Shown one piece after another: positions 10,401-18,627 of a DNA stretch of 64,000 nt. The DNA comes from Verrucomicrobiales bacterium (GTDB lineage: Bacteria > Verrucomicrobiota > Verrucomicrobiia > Limisphaerales > JAYPEY01). The translations under genes were made by a program, and so were the position numbers. The stretch lies in NCBI GenBank assembly GCA_038126235.1, contig JAYPFK010000035.1:7982-71981 (forward strand), given 5' to 3'. Every line of letters starts with the position of its first letter. The stretch's first letter is position 1. The notes beneath the pieces were generated by a model, which saw nothing but the letters and a program-made list of their open reading frames with translations, was not told the DNA's origin and searched no databases.

Positions 10401-13400
10401 GCTAGCGCGGGAGTGGTTTTCCGGGGGCAAGCATTCAAGAGGCGCGCAGGCTGTGGCGATTGTGGCGGATGAGTCGGTCGATCTGGCCGGCCTTTGCGAG
10501 AGCGCGACAAAGCTCATCGATGGCGCGGCCGGCAATGGCAGCGGCGCGTGGCCCGCTTCGGCGGACAGGATTTTCCATTCGCGCGAACCGCTCGGCGTCG
10601 AAGGCAAGGTCGCTTTCATCTATCCCGGTTCCGGCAATCACTACCTGGACATGGGGCGCGAGATCGGCGCGCAATGGCCAGAGCTCTTGCGGCGGCAGGA
10701 CGCCGAGAACGAACGCCTCGCCAGCCAGGTCGTCTCCGAGATGTTCTGGAACGACGCCACGATGGCGGAAATCGCCGCCGATCATCACGCCATGATCTTC
10801 GGGCAGGTCGCGCACGGGACGATGGTCAGCGACCTGGTCCAGGCCTGTGGCGTGAAGCCGGACGAAGTGATCGGCTACAGCCTCGGGGAATCCGCCGGCC
10901 TCTTCTCCACCCGCGCCTGGTCGGCGCGCGACGAGATGTATCGGCGCATGGTTGAGGGCGACCTGTTCACCAGGCAACTCGCCGGGCCGTGTGATTCCGT
11001 CCGCAAGGTCTGGACGCTCAAGAAGGGCGAATCCGTCGATTGGAAGATGGGTGTGATCGACCGCAACGCCGAGGAAACCCGCGAGGCCTTGAAAGGGCGC
11101 GAGCGCGTCTACCTCTTGATCGTCAACACGCCGAATGAATGCATTGTCGGCGGACAACGCGGCGCGGTGGACGCCCTGATCGAGGAGTTGGGCTGCAACC
11201 TGTTTCTGATCGAGGGCGTGACGACCGTGCATTGCGAGGTCGCCGAGCCGGTCGCCAAGGCCTACCGCGACCTGCACGTGTTCGAAACGAACGCCCCGGA
11301 AGGCGTGCGCTATTACAGCGGCAACCAGGGCGGCGATTACGAGCTGACCTCGGCCGCCGCGGCGGATTCGATCATCGGCAATGCGCTCCACGGCGTGGAT
11401 TATCCCAAGACGATCGAGACGGCCTACGCGAACGGCGCGCGCATCTTCATCGAGATGGGCCCGGGCGCGACCTGCTGCCGCATGATCGACCAGATCCTGG
11501 GCGACCGTCCGCATGTGGCGCGCTCGGTCTCCGTTCCCGGGAAGGACTCGGTGGGGGTGGGCTTGCGCGTTCTGGGGCGTTTGATTGCCGAGGGTGTTGA
11601 AGTGGATCTGGGGTTTCTCTACGGAGGGGAAAGCCTGGCTGTCGGTCATCGGGTTTCAGACGGCTCGGACGACGTTCCGAGCGTGGTGGTTCCCTTGGGA
11701 GGCAAGGCTTTCAATCCGCCCGGGCCGGAGAAGTTCGCCGGCGGCGCGAATCCCGGACAAAGAGGAACTCGGACGGTCCAGGAGCCGGCGTTGGCGGTGG
11801 CTGCAACGGTCGCTCCGGTTTCAACTCCCGCCCCGGCCCCGGTCGTGGCCGCGGCGCAGGGAGGCACGGTGACTGGAGACAACGCCGCGTTGATCGAGGA
11901 ATGGACGGCCGCGGAAGCGGCGCGGGTCGAGGCGCATGAGGCCTACCTGCGCTTTTCGCAGAACCTGTTCCAGACGATGGCGGCCGGCGTGGAGCGGGAG
12001 AACCGGTTGCTGGCCGCCATGGAAGGAGCGGGGGTGGCGGAGCCGGCCACAAGGAGCTTCCAGGAGCCGCCTTCGCCCGCGGAGCCGGGCTTCGTCGCGC
12101 CAAGGGAGGCGTATGAGGAATACCCGGACGAGGTTCCCCGTTCGCTGAATTTCGCGCAGTGCATGGAGTTTGCCATCGGGAAGATCGGCAAGGTCCTTGG
12201 GAAGAAGTTCCTGGAAGTGGATCAGCATCCGACGCGCGTGCGACTGCCCGACGATCCCCTGATGCTCGCGCATCGCGTGCTCGACATTGAGGGCGAGCCG
12301 TTGTCGATGACCTCGGGGCGGGTCGTCACCGAGCACGACATACAAGCCGGAGCCTGGTATCTCGACGCTGGTCGCATCCCGACCTGCATTGCGGTCGAGG
12401 CAGGGCAGGCGGACCTGTTCTTGTCGGGCTTCCTGGGAATCGATTTCCAGACGAAGGGCAGGGCGGTCTATCGCCTGCTTGACGCGGTGGTGACCTTTCA
12501 TCGAGGTCTGCCGGTCGAGGGCGACACCATCCGCTACGACATCTACATCGATCATTTCTTCCGGCAGGGCGACACTTGGTTGTTCCGCTTCGGCTTCGAC
12601 GGCACGGTCAACGGCGAGAAACTGCTGACCATGCGCGATGGCTGCGCGGGCTTCTTCACGCAGGAGGAACTGGACGCAGGCAAGGGCATCATCCACACGA
12701 AGCTTGACCTGCGGCCGATGCCCGGGAAGTTGCCGGAAGGGTGGTCGCCGTTCGTGCCGTGGAACGGGATTGAAGCGTATTCCGACGAACAGTTGAACGC
12801 GCTGCGGCGCGGCGATCTGGCGGGTTGTTTCGGGGAGGCGTTCGCGGGTTTGAACCTGACCGATCCGTTGACGCTTCCGGACGGTCGCATGCGACTGGTG
12901 CATCGTATCACGGAACTCGATCCGACCGGCGGACGCTTCGGAATCGGGCGCATCACCGGCGAGGCGGACATCCATCCCGACGACTGGTTCCTGACCTGCC
13001 ACTTCTGCGACGACATGGTGATGCCGGGTACGCTGATGTTCGAATGCTGCCTGCACACCCTGCGCGTGTTCCTGCTGCGGTTGGGGTGGGTTTTCGAGAA
13101 GGCGACCGTGGCTCCCGAGCCGGTCACTGAGGTGAAGAGCCAGCTCAAGTGCCGTGGCCAGGTGATTCAGTCGACGAAGAAGGTCACCTACGTGATCTCG
13201 ATCAAGGAGCTGGGCTATCGCCCCGAGCCGTATGCGGTCGTGGACGCCCTGATGTATTCCGACGACAAGGCCACGGTCGAGATCTCCAACATGTCGATCC
13301 GTTTCACCGGCGCGACGCGGGAGAGTATTCAGGCGACCTGGGATGGGCGTAGCAGCCGACGTGAGGAGGCTCATTCCAGTTCCGCCGAAGAGGGGCAGAG

Positions 13401-14517
13401 CCTCCTCACGTCGGCTGCTACGGGCGGGATGGCAAAAGCCCCCATCTTCGATTTCGACAGCATCCGGGCGTTTGCCATCGGCAATCCCTCGGAGGCCTTT
13501 GGCGAGCGCTACAAGGTCTTCGACAATGAACGCCGGATCGCTCGCCTGCCGGGGCCGCCCTATCAGTTCCTTGACCGGGTTGTAGAAATTTCGAACTGCG
13601 AGCAGTGGAAACTGGATTCCGGCGGCGTGATCGAGGCGCAGTACGACGTGCCGGCCGATGAATGGTATTTCGCGGAAAACCGGCAGGGGGACATGCCGTT
13701 CTCGGTATTGCTGGAAATCGCGCTGCAACCCTGCGGTTGGTTGGCGGCCTATTTGGGCTCTGCCTTGACCAGCGAGACCGACCTGCGCTTCCGCAATCTC
13801 GGCGGCTCGGCGATCCAGCACATGCCGGTCACGCCGGACATGGGCGTCCTGGCCATCGACATCACCATCACGCGCGTCTCCAACGCGGGCGGCATGGTCA
13901 TCCAGAACTTCGACATGCGGGTGCGTTCCTCGCGCGGCGTGGTCTACGAGGGCGACACCTATTTCGGGTTCTTCTCGGCGGCGGCCCTGGCGAACCAGAT
14001 CGGCATCCGCGAGGCCGTTCCCTACATGCCGACGGACGACGAACTGGCCGACGGCCGCGCCTTCCCGTATCCGACCGAGGCCCCGTATCCCGGCGAGATG
14101 CTGCGGATGATCGACGAAGTCTCATGCTTCGCGCCGACCGGCGGCCCGCAGGGGTTGGGGTTCATCCGAGGGAAGATGTCGGTGAAGCCGGAGGCGTGGT
14201 TCTTCAAGGCGCACTTCTATCAGGACCCGGTGATCCCCGGCTCGCTGGGTTTGGAGTCCTTCCTGCAACTGCTGAAGGTCGTCGCCGTCGAACGCTGGGG
14301 CTGGAGCGAGGGCCAACGCCTCGAAACCATCGCCTGCGGCGAAAAGCACGAATGGGTCTATCGAGGCCAGATCATCCCCACCGACCACGAAGTCACCGTC
14401 GAGGCTGTGATCATCTCTTTCGACGACGAGAAGAAGCTCCTCAAGGCCGACGGCTTCCTTCACGTGGACGGTCGGACGATATACGGCATGAAGGACTTCT
14501 CGCTGCGGGTGGTTTGA
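7432..14517 (+). CDS. PUFA-synthase-like iterative type I PKS/FAS subunit (PfaBC/Pfa3 type): KS - CLF - AT - FabA-like DH domains
   Basis: KS residues DAACASS, ECHATGT, NVGHLLT; second KS lacks the Cys (SSEESSG); AT GYSLGE; DH motifs TCHFCDDMVMPGTL and AHFYQDPVIPGSLG; no ACP, KR or ER; TGATG overlap with the upstream gene. Confidence 0.9.
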   Translation: MKFSEPIAIVGLGGIFPGSPTLEDYWENVAQGVDAAREVPDGRWTVAAKDAHDPTPGAPDKVYSTRGCFIEGFELDVDGLALDVDFIRSLDPMFHLLLHSGRQAWTGAEMGEIDRSKVGVILGNIALPTDSSSALNDEVLAPVFEERLFPAGRISGHEEAQADLAKASGSFLPSAPAGGIEPLNRWVAGLPGNVLAKALNLGGGAYTLDAACASSLYAVKLACDELLAGRADAMLTGGLSRPDCQYTQMGFAQLTALSRTGRCSPFDSKGDGLVVGEGSGIVVLKRLADALAAGDEIHAVIKGIGLSNDIEGNLLAPASEGQLRAMRAAYAEAGWTPDMVDLVECHATGTPIGDAVEFNSLKELWGDRRIEGRKCALGAAKANVGHLLTGAGAAGLIRALLAMKNRTLPPIANFEQAGEKIDLENSPFAALSEACDWDPRDEQTPRRAAISAFGFGGINAHVLIEEWTGARSKAKRKAPNKRTKSKSGDTQSATRPPIAIVGMDACFGPWTDLRQFQERVFGGGPEVEPTFKRDWFGVDGGEWLKARGTGAERFRGYYLDDLKIPLNRYRIPPKELEEMLPQQLLMLQVAAGALKDAAWEKADGLRTGAFIGIELDMETNRFHFRWSLLNRAREWAKAQGLSLSDDELAQWTGALRESSGPALNANRTMGALGGIVASRLAREFKIGGPCHTISSEESSGMRALEAAVRALQQGELDHALVGAVDLSGDVRAVLATNANGESIPGEGAAALVLKRLDDAVRDGDRVYSVIRGLGAASGGGEDRLAPTAGACESALRRGYEDAGVDPASVEYLETHGGAHSKEIEAEATGVKSFFGGGERERSLKLGAVEPQIGRAGAASALASVVKASLAVYQEMLPATPSTGGIGSALASGDRRFRSPEKPQSWLRDRIEGPRRAGVTTFGVGGTCAHVVLEALEGQTSERVELERRQPLGSRGEALFVVRGDDAEGLREGLNDLRTVAAQRDGLGIEALAREWFSGGKHSRGAQAVAIVADESVDLAGLCESATKLIDGAAGNGSGAWPASADRIFHSREPLGVEGKVAFIYPGSGNHYLDMGREIGAQWPELLRRQDAENERLASQVVSEMFWNDATMAEIAADHHAMIFGQVAHGTMVSDLVQACGVKPDEVIGYSLGESAGLFSTRAWSARDEMYRRMVEGDLFTRQLAGPCDSVRKVWTLKKGESVDWKMGVIDRNAEETREALKGRERVYLLIVNTPNECIVGGQRGAVDALIEELGCNLFLIEGVTTVHCEVAEPVAKAYRDLHVFETNAPEGVRYYSGNQGGDYELTSAAAADSIIGNALHGVDYPKTIETAYANGARIFIEMGPGATCCRMIDQILGDRPHVARSVSVPGKDSVGVGLRVLGRLIAEGVEVDLGFLYGGESLAVGHRVSDGSDDVPSVVVPLGGKAFNPPGPEKFAGGANPGQRGTRTVQEPALAVAATVAPVSTPAPAPVVAAAQGGTVTGDNAALIEEWTAAEAARVEAHEAYLRFSQNLFQTMAAGVERENRLLAAMEGAGVAEPATRSFQEPPSPAEPGFVAPREAYEEYPDEVPRSLNFAQCMEFAIGKIGKVLGKKFLEVDQHPTRVRLPDDPLMLAHRVLDIEGEPLSMTSGRVVTEHDIQAGAWYLDAGRIPTCIAVEAGQADLFLSGFLGIDFQTKGRAVYRLLDAVVTFHRGLPVEGDTIRYDIYIDHFFRQGDTWLFRFGFDGTVNGEKLLTMRDGCAGFFTQEELDAGKGIIHTKLDLRPMPGKLPEGWSPFVPWNGIEAYSDEQLNALRRGDLAGCFGEAFAGLNLTDPLTLPDGRMRLVHRITELDPTGGRFGIGRITGEADIHPDDWFLTCHFCDDMVMPGTLMFECCLHTLRVFLLRLGWVFEKATVAPEPVTEVKSQLKCRGQVIQSTKKVTYVISIKELGYRPEPYAVVDALMYSDDKATVEISNMSIRFTGATRESIQATWDGRSSRREEAHSSSAEEGQSLLTSAATGGMAKAPIFDFDSIRAFAIGNPSEAFGERYKVFDNERRIARLPGPPYQFLDRVVEISNCEQWKLDSGGVIEAQYDVPADEWYFAENRQGDMPFSVLLEIALQPCGWLAAYLGSALTSETDLRFRNLGGSAIQHMPVTPDMGVLAIDITITRVSNAGGMVIQNFDMRVRSSRGVVYEGDTYFGFFSAAALANQIGIREAVPYMPTDDELADGRAFPYPTEAPYPGEMLRMIDEVSCFAPTGGPQGLGFIRGKMSVKPEAWFFKAHFYQDPVIPGSLGLESFLQLLKVVAVERWGWSEGQRLETIACGEKHEWVYRGQIIPTDHEVTVEAVIISFDDEKKLLKADGFLHVDGRTIYGMKDFSLRVV
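7888..7962. repeat. Degenerate 75-bp palindromic repeat (25-25-25), in frame within the KS domain
   Basis: Arms cgtatcagcggacatgaggaggctc / gagcttccttccgtcggctcctgca match the 13348 copy at 22/25 and 19/25; same 25-nt spacer. Confidence 0.75.
13348..13422. repeat. 75-bp palindromic repeat with perfect 25-bp inverted arms, in frame in the DH-region linker
   Basis: cgtagcagccgacgtgaggaggctc (13348-13372) and gagcctcctcacgtcggctgctacg (13398-13422); encodes RSSRREEAHSSSAEEGQSLLTSAAT. Confidence 0.92.
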
Positions 14518-14632
14518 AGGGGCGGGCGGTTGCGCTTGGCCCTTCCGCCAGCTGCCGGCTTAATCCTGTGGTCGGCGTTTCATTGTGCGTCGCCAGGTTC
14601 ATTTCCCGCTCTGCTTTCACCCCTTCGGGGTT

Positions 14633-14803
14633 TTGAAATGGGCTCGACGGAGTCTCTCCCCACCGACTCTTGGATACGCTTTCGTTGTCTTCAGGGCATC
14701 TGGTTTCACTTCGGAGGACGACCGCCTTAGCGACCATCAGCGTTTGCTGTAACCGGATGGTTCGTAATGTCGGTGGGGAGAGACTCCGTCGAGCCCACTT
14801 CAA
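14633..14803. repeat. Inverted REP pair / MITE-like element
   Basis: 35-bp arms 14633-14667 and 14769-14803 are reverse complements at 34/35 positions. Confidence 0.88.
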
Positions 14804-14897
14804 CGTCTCGGAGGGTCTGGGAGAGTCGAGCGGGCGCGATTGTCTGTCACGAACGCCGGTTGCCTGCCGAACCTGTCTGGCATACCTTCTGCCCATC

Positions 14898-15086
14898 ATG
14901 CGGCGCGCATTACTCGCCTTTCTGGACGACGTCTGCCTGATCTCCCTGGACCACGACCTGAATCCGTTGCCGGGCGCGGCCGAGGATTCCGGAATCGGCG
15001 GAATCGTTGCCTTGAGTTTCGGGACAATGCCGGTTCCCACCGATTGGATCGAGGGCAGGGAATCGCTGTCGGAATGGCGGGGGTGA
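14898..15086 (+). pseudogene. Probable internally deleted remnant: cyclic-phosphate-processing receiver fragment joined to an ADP-ribosylglycohydrolase C-terminus
   Basis: CLISLDHDLNP is followed directly by IGGIVALS..VPTDWIEGRESL; only 62 codons. Confidence 0.5.
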
Positions 15087-15142
15087 TTCGGAGCCGCAAT
15101 CCCATGGCAAAACCACTACGAAAAGGGGCATTCAGGGGCGGT

Positions 15143-15190
15143 GAACTATACATGTAATAATCACGTACGGGATTTTTACATGTCAGGTTC
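15143..15190. promoter_or_regulatory. 48-bp AT-rich imperfect palindrome (possible operator or hairpin)
   Basis: GAACtatACATGTAAtAATCaCGTACGgGATTtTTACATGTcagGTTC. Confidence 0.45.
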
Positions 15191-15259
15191 GATTTGTCGG
15201 GCGTTCGTTCCAAGGGCGTGGTTGGCGCGGGATCTTCTCCGGTATTGACGCCGAAGGTC

Positions 15260-15757
15260 CTATTCCTGCGACGGTGTGAACCGGGATTTCTCCCAGCGCC
15301 AGACGAGGCCGTCTTCGGGATCGATGACTTCGCCGATGTGTTTGAAATCGCACTTGGCGAGAACCTGGGTGGAGGCGTTGATTTCGGGCAGGGTGTGGGC
15401 CCCGACATGCGTGACCCTGCTGTCGGCAAAGGCGAATGCCGTCAACGCGGCGGCCGCTTCGGTGGCGTAGCCCCGGCCTTGGCGGTCCGGGTTCACGCCG
15501 TAGGCGATTTCGGCCACGCCGCGCGCGGGCGGACCTTTGAAGCCGCATTGACCGACGGGGTTGCCGCTTTCCTTCTCAATCATGGTGAAGCCATGGATCC
15601 ACGGATCGGCTGCAGTGGCGTTTTCAACCTGCGCCAGCCAGGCGGGGGACAACTCGGCCTTCACTTCCGGTGGCATGGTTGCGATGGAGGCTCGGAGCTC
15701 GTCGGGGGATTGGAGGACGAGATTGAGGCGCGCGGTTTCGATGGCGGGTATTGGCAT
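15260..15757 (-). CDS. GNAT N-acetyltransferase (RimJ/RimL-like)
   Basis: IETARLNL, VGQCGFKGPP, EIAYGVNPDRQGRGYATEA, NASTQVLAKCDF. Confidence 0.9.
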   Translation of the reverse strand: MPIPAIETARLNLVLQSPDELRASIATMPPEVKAELSPAWLAQVENATAADPWIHGFTMIEKESGNPVGQCGFKGPPARGVAEIAYGVNPDRQGRGYATEAAAALTAFAFADSRVTHVGAHTLPEINASTQVLAKCDFKHIGEVIDPEDGLVWRWEKSRFTPSQE

Positions 15758-15783
15758 TTAAAATGAGGGACGGCAGTCGCGGC

Positions 15784-17133
15784 TCAGGGGCGGCGCATCT
15801 CGCGCGCGAGCTTGTCCCGGAGCGTCGTCATTTTCCGAAACTGCTTCGTGTTCGCCTGCGACAGATCGTTCTCCTCGTTGGGGTCGACCTCGAGATCGAA
15901 GAGGAATTCGCCGGAGCTGGGCGTCTGGACGTATTTCCATCTGCCGGAGCGGACGGCGGACCAGGGTTTGCGTTCGAGTTCGGCGTGGGCGCCGAGTTCC
16001 CAGAAGAGGGTGCGGTCCCTCCATTGGGCCTTGTCGAACAACACGGGGCCCAGGTCGCGGCCGTCGAGTCTGGCGTCGTCGGCCTCGATGCCGGCCAGCT
16101 TGCAGAGGGTGGGAAAGAGATCGAGGGAGGTCTGGAGGGAATCGCTTTCCGAACGGGCGGCGATCCTGCCGGGCCAACGGATGATGCAGGGGACCCGGAG
16201 GCCGCCTTCGAACAGCGTGGCCTTGTCGCCGCGCAGGGGGACGTTGCTGCCGCCGTAGGTCGGATCGCCGCCGTGGTCGGTGAGGAAGATGACGAGGGTG
16301 TCGCGTTCGAGGTCGAGGCGTTTCAAGGCTCCGAGGACGCGGCCGACTCCGTCGTCGAGCGATACGGTCATGGCGGCGAATTCACGGCGGATTTTGTCGG
16401 GGATGAAGGAGACGCGTTTGATCGCGTCGGCCTTGGGCTGCATGAGGTTGACCGGGGCCCGGTCCTTGGGGCTGTAGCCTTTGCCGAAGTGGGGGGCGTT
16501 GTAGGCGAGGTAGAGGAAGAAGGGCTGGTCCGCGGCCTTGCGTTCCGTGAGATGGGCGACGGCTTCGTCGGAGATGATGTCCGTGGCGTATCCGTCTTCG
16601 GGAACGCGCCGTTCCTGGTGATACCAGTCGGGAATCGCGCCGTAGGTCATGGTGAAGAAATCGATGCAGCCGCCGGTATGGCCGATGAACTTGTCGAATC
16701 CGTGGCGTGTGGGCAGCAGCGACGTGTTTCCGTGGCCGAGGTGCCATTTGCCGATGAGCGCGGTGTGGTAGCCGGCTTCCTTGAGCTTCGTGGCAATAGT
16801 CGTCTCGCCGGGCTGGATGCCTGTTTGCTTGTGCTCGTCGGCCATGAACATGAGGGCGCTGAGCAACTGGTGCCTGGAGCGGCTGGGGTTGCGACCGGTG
16901 AGCAGTCCGAAGCGGGAGGGGGTGCAGATGGCGGAGGCGGAATACCACTGGTTGAACTTCATGCCCTCTGCGGCGAGGCGGTCGATGTTCGGGGTGGGGA
17001 TCTCGCTGCCGTAGCAACCGACATCGTGGCTCCCCTGGTCGTCGGTGAAGATGAGCAGGATGTTGGGCGGGGGCGTTGCCGCGGTGGCATTCAGGGCGGC
17101 GAGAGCGAGGGCGAGGAATGTGGTAAGGCGCAT
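15784..17133 (-). CDS. Sulfatase (S1 family)
   Basis: PNILLIFTDDQG, CTPSRFGLLTGR, GKWHLG, FEGGLRVP; signal peptide from ATG 17133. Confidence 0.93.
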   Translation of the reverse strand: MRLTTFLALALAALNATAATPPPNILLIFTDDQGSHDVGCYGSEIPTPNIDRLAAEGMKFNQWYSASAICTPSRFGLLTGRNPSRSRHQLLSALMFMADEHKQTGIQPGETTIATKLKEAGYHTALIGKWHLGHGNTSLLPTRHGFDKFIGHTGGCIDFFTMTYGAIPDWYHQERRVPEDGYATDIISDEAVAHLTERKAADQPFFLYLAYNAPHFGKGYSPKDRAPVNLMQPKADAIKRVSFIPDKIRREFAAMTVSLDDGVGRVLGALKRLDLERDTLVIFLTDHGGDPTYGGSNVPLRGDKATLFEGGLRVPCIIRWPGRIAARSESDSLQTSLDLFPTLCKLAGIEADDARLDGRDLGPVLFDKAQWRDRTLFWELGAHAELERKPWSAVRSGRWKYVQTPSSGEFLFDLEVDPNEENDLSQANTKQFRKMTTLRDKLAREMRRP

Positions 17134-17205
17134 GGCGGTGCGGCGACGGGAAGGCAAACGTCCAACCTCCGACTTTGAACGCTCAACTTTCAACGGAGGA
17201 GTCGG

Positions 17206-18351
17206 TCAGGGGGCGAAGTAGGTGTAGGGCTCCTTGTCGTCGCCGATCTGCAGTTGGACCTTGCGGTCTGCAAAGCTGAGGACCTTGACGGGGATCTTCC
17301 CGGTGGAAGTGGTCAGTTTCTGGGTTTCGCCGGTCTTGATGTAGTAGCTCTTGCTCTCATCCGTCTTGACCATGACCATGTTGCCGCTGGAGGCGCCGAT
17401 GCTGAAGAGCTTCTCGATTTCGGCGCGTTCCTTCGCGCGGGCTTCGGCGGCGGCGCGCGCCTCGGCTTCCGCCTTGAGCTTGGCGAGCGCGGCCTCCCTG
17501 TCGGCCTTCGCCTTGGCTTCGGCGGCGGCCCGGGCGTCGGCGGCGGCCTTGGCCTTGGCCATGGCTTCCTCGCGCTCCTTGGCCTCGGCTTCCGCCTTGG
17601 CCTTGGCGGCTGCGGCCTGCTCCTCGGTCATTTCCGGCTCCGTGGAAGCAGAGCCTTCCTCGGGGGATTCTCCCGTTTTTTCTCCGGGAGCGGCGTCCCC
17701 GGAATCCGCTGAGCCGCCTTCTTCGCCTCCGGCTTTGGCGACCTTCTGGATTTCGGGCGGCGGGGCGGGTTTGGGCCAGAACATCATGCCGAGCACAACG
17801 ACGATCGCGACCATGAGTCCGGAAAGGATGAGGATCTTGGGTTCCGGCAGCTTGCGTTTGCCGGCGGGTTTGCCGGCCTTCGCTCCTTCGCCGCTGTCGT
17901 CTTCAGCAGTCTCAGGTTCCGGCTCCGGCTGGGATTTCAGTTCGGAAGCCCGGAAATGCATCGTCTCCGTGGATGGCGGCCGGCCGTCGGGGGCATTTTC
18001 GGTGGGCGGTTGGATGGGAGGAGACAGGGGCGGTGCCTGCTCGACCGTGGGGGGCGCAGGAGGGGGAGCCTCCTCCACGGAATCGGCGGGCTCCAGAGCG
18101 AGCTCCCCCTCCGGAGCCGACGCGGGTTCCGGGGCCGGGGGCGGCGTGAATTCTTCGACCGGCGCGGGTTCAGGTTCCGGAGCTGAAGGTGTGGGGGCAT
18201 CGACCTCCATGGAGGAATCAGGCTCCTTGGGGATCTTGACCGGCTGCATGCAGTCGAAGTTGGGGCAGGTGATCTCGCCCCAGCGGAGCATGTCGGAATC
18301 GAACGGGACGGGCTTGCCGCAGCTTGGGCAGGGAATCTGGTAATGTTGCAT
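17206..18351 (-). CDS. Membrane protein: N-terminal Zn ribbon, Pro/Glu-rich linker, TM helix, TolA-like Ala/Lys helix
   Basis: CPSC...CPNFDC; ILILSGLMVAIVVVLGMMFW; AKAKAEAEAK repeats. Confidence 0.7.
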   Translation of the reverse strand: MQHYQIPCPSCGKPVPFDSDMLRWGEITCPNFDCMQPVKIPKEPDSSMEVDAPTPSAPEPEPAPVEEFTPPPAPEPASAPEGELALEPADSVEEAPPPAPPTVEQAPPLSPPIQPPTENAPDGRPPSTETMHFRASELKSQPEPEPETAEDDSGEGAKAGKPAGKRKLPEPKILILSGLMVAIVVVLGMMFWPKPAPPPEIQKVAKAGGEEGGSADSGDAAPGEKTGESPEEGSASTEPEMTEEQAAAAKAKAEAEAKEREEAMAKAKAAADARAAAEAKAKADREAALAKLKAEAEARAAAEARAKERAEIEKLFSIGASSGNMVMVKTDESKSYYIKTGETQKLTTSTGKIPVKVLSFADRKVQLQIGDDKEPYTYFAP

Positions 18352-18481
18352 GGCGCTTTCGGAGTGTTGGCGACTCTGTCGGATGTCTACCGGAGAGGGG
18401 CCGCAAATTCAAGGACGCAGGCGTCAATGTATGAGGCCAACGCTTGAATCGTGTTAACCCTCCCGGTACGCGAAGGAGGTC

Positions 18482-18558
18482 GGTCGGGGGGGGGTGTCCC
18501 CGATGAGCCGCCTCTGGGGCATGTTCACGCCGGCTCACTCTGGACAGTTCGCTCCACC
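18482..18558. repeat. Degenerate inverted REP pair (GGTRGGGCGAACTGTCCTCAGTGAGCCG family)
   Basis: Right arm cggctcactctggacagttcgctccacc resembles the copies at 24205, 50080 and 57367. Confidence 0.65.
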
Positions 18559-18627
18559 TTTTGCGACGATTTGGACTTCCCGCGAAGGGCGGCGTTGACC
18601 CGGTCCGTTAGACTTGCCGAATCGCTC

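Noticed and set aside
7378-13821. Long antisense or alternate-frame ORFs (e.g. 7378-8814, 8890-10377, 11821-13821, also 21556-23382, 41201-42730, 55372-57303)
   Set aside because: Shadow ORFs expected from high GC3 opposite well-supported genes; no recognisable motifs
15143-15190. Palindrome as the chromosomal dif site
   Set aside because: It does not fit the 11-6-11 layout with a TTATGTTAAAT-like XerD arm; kept only as an unexplained dyad
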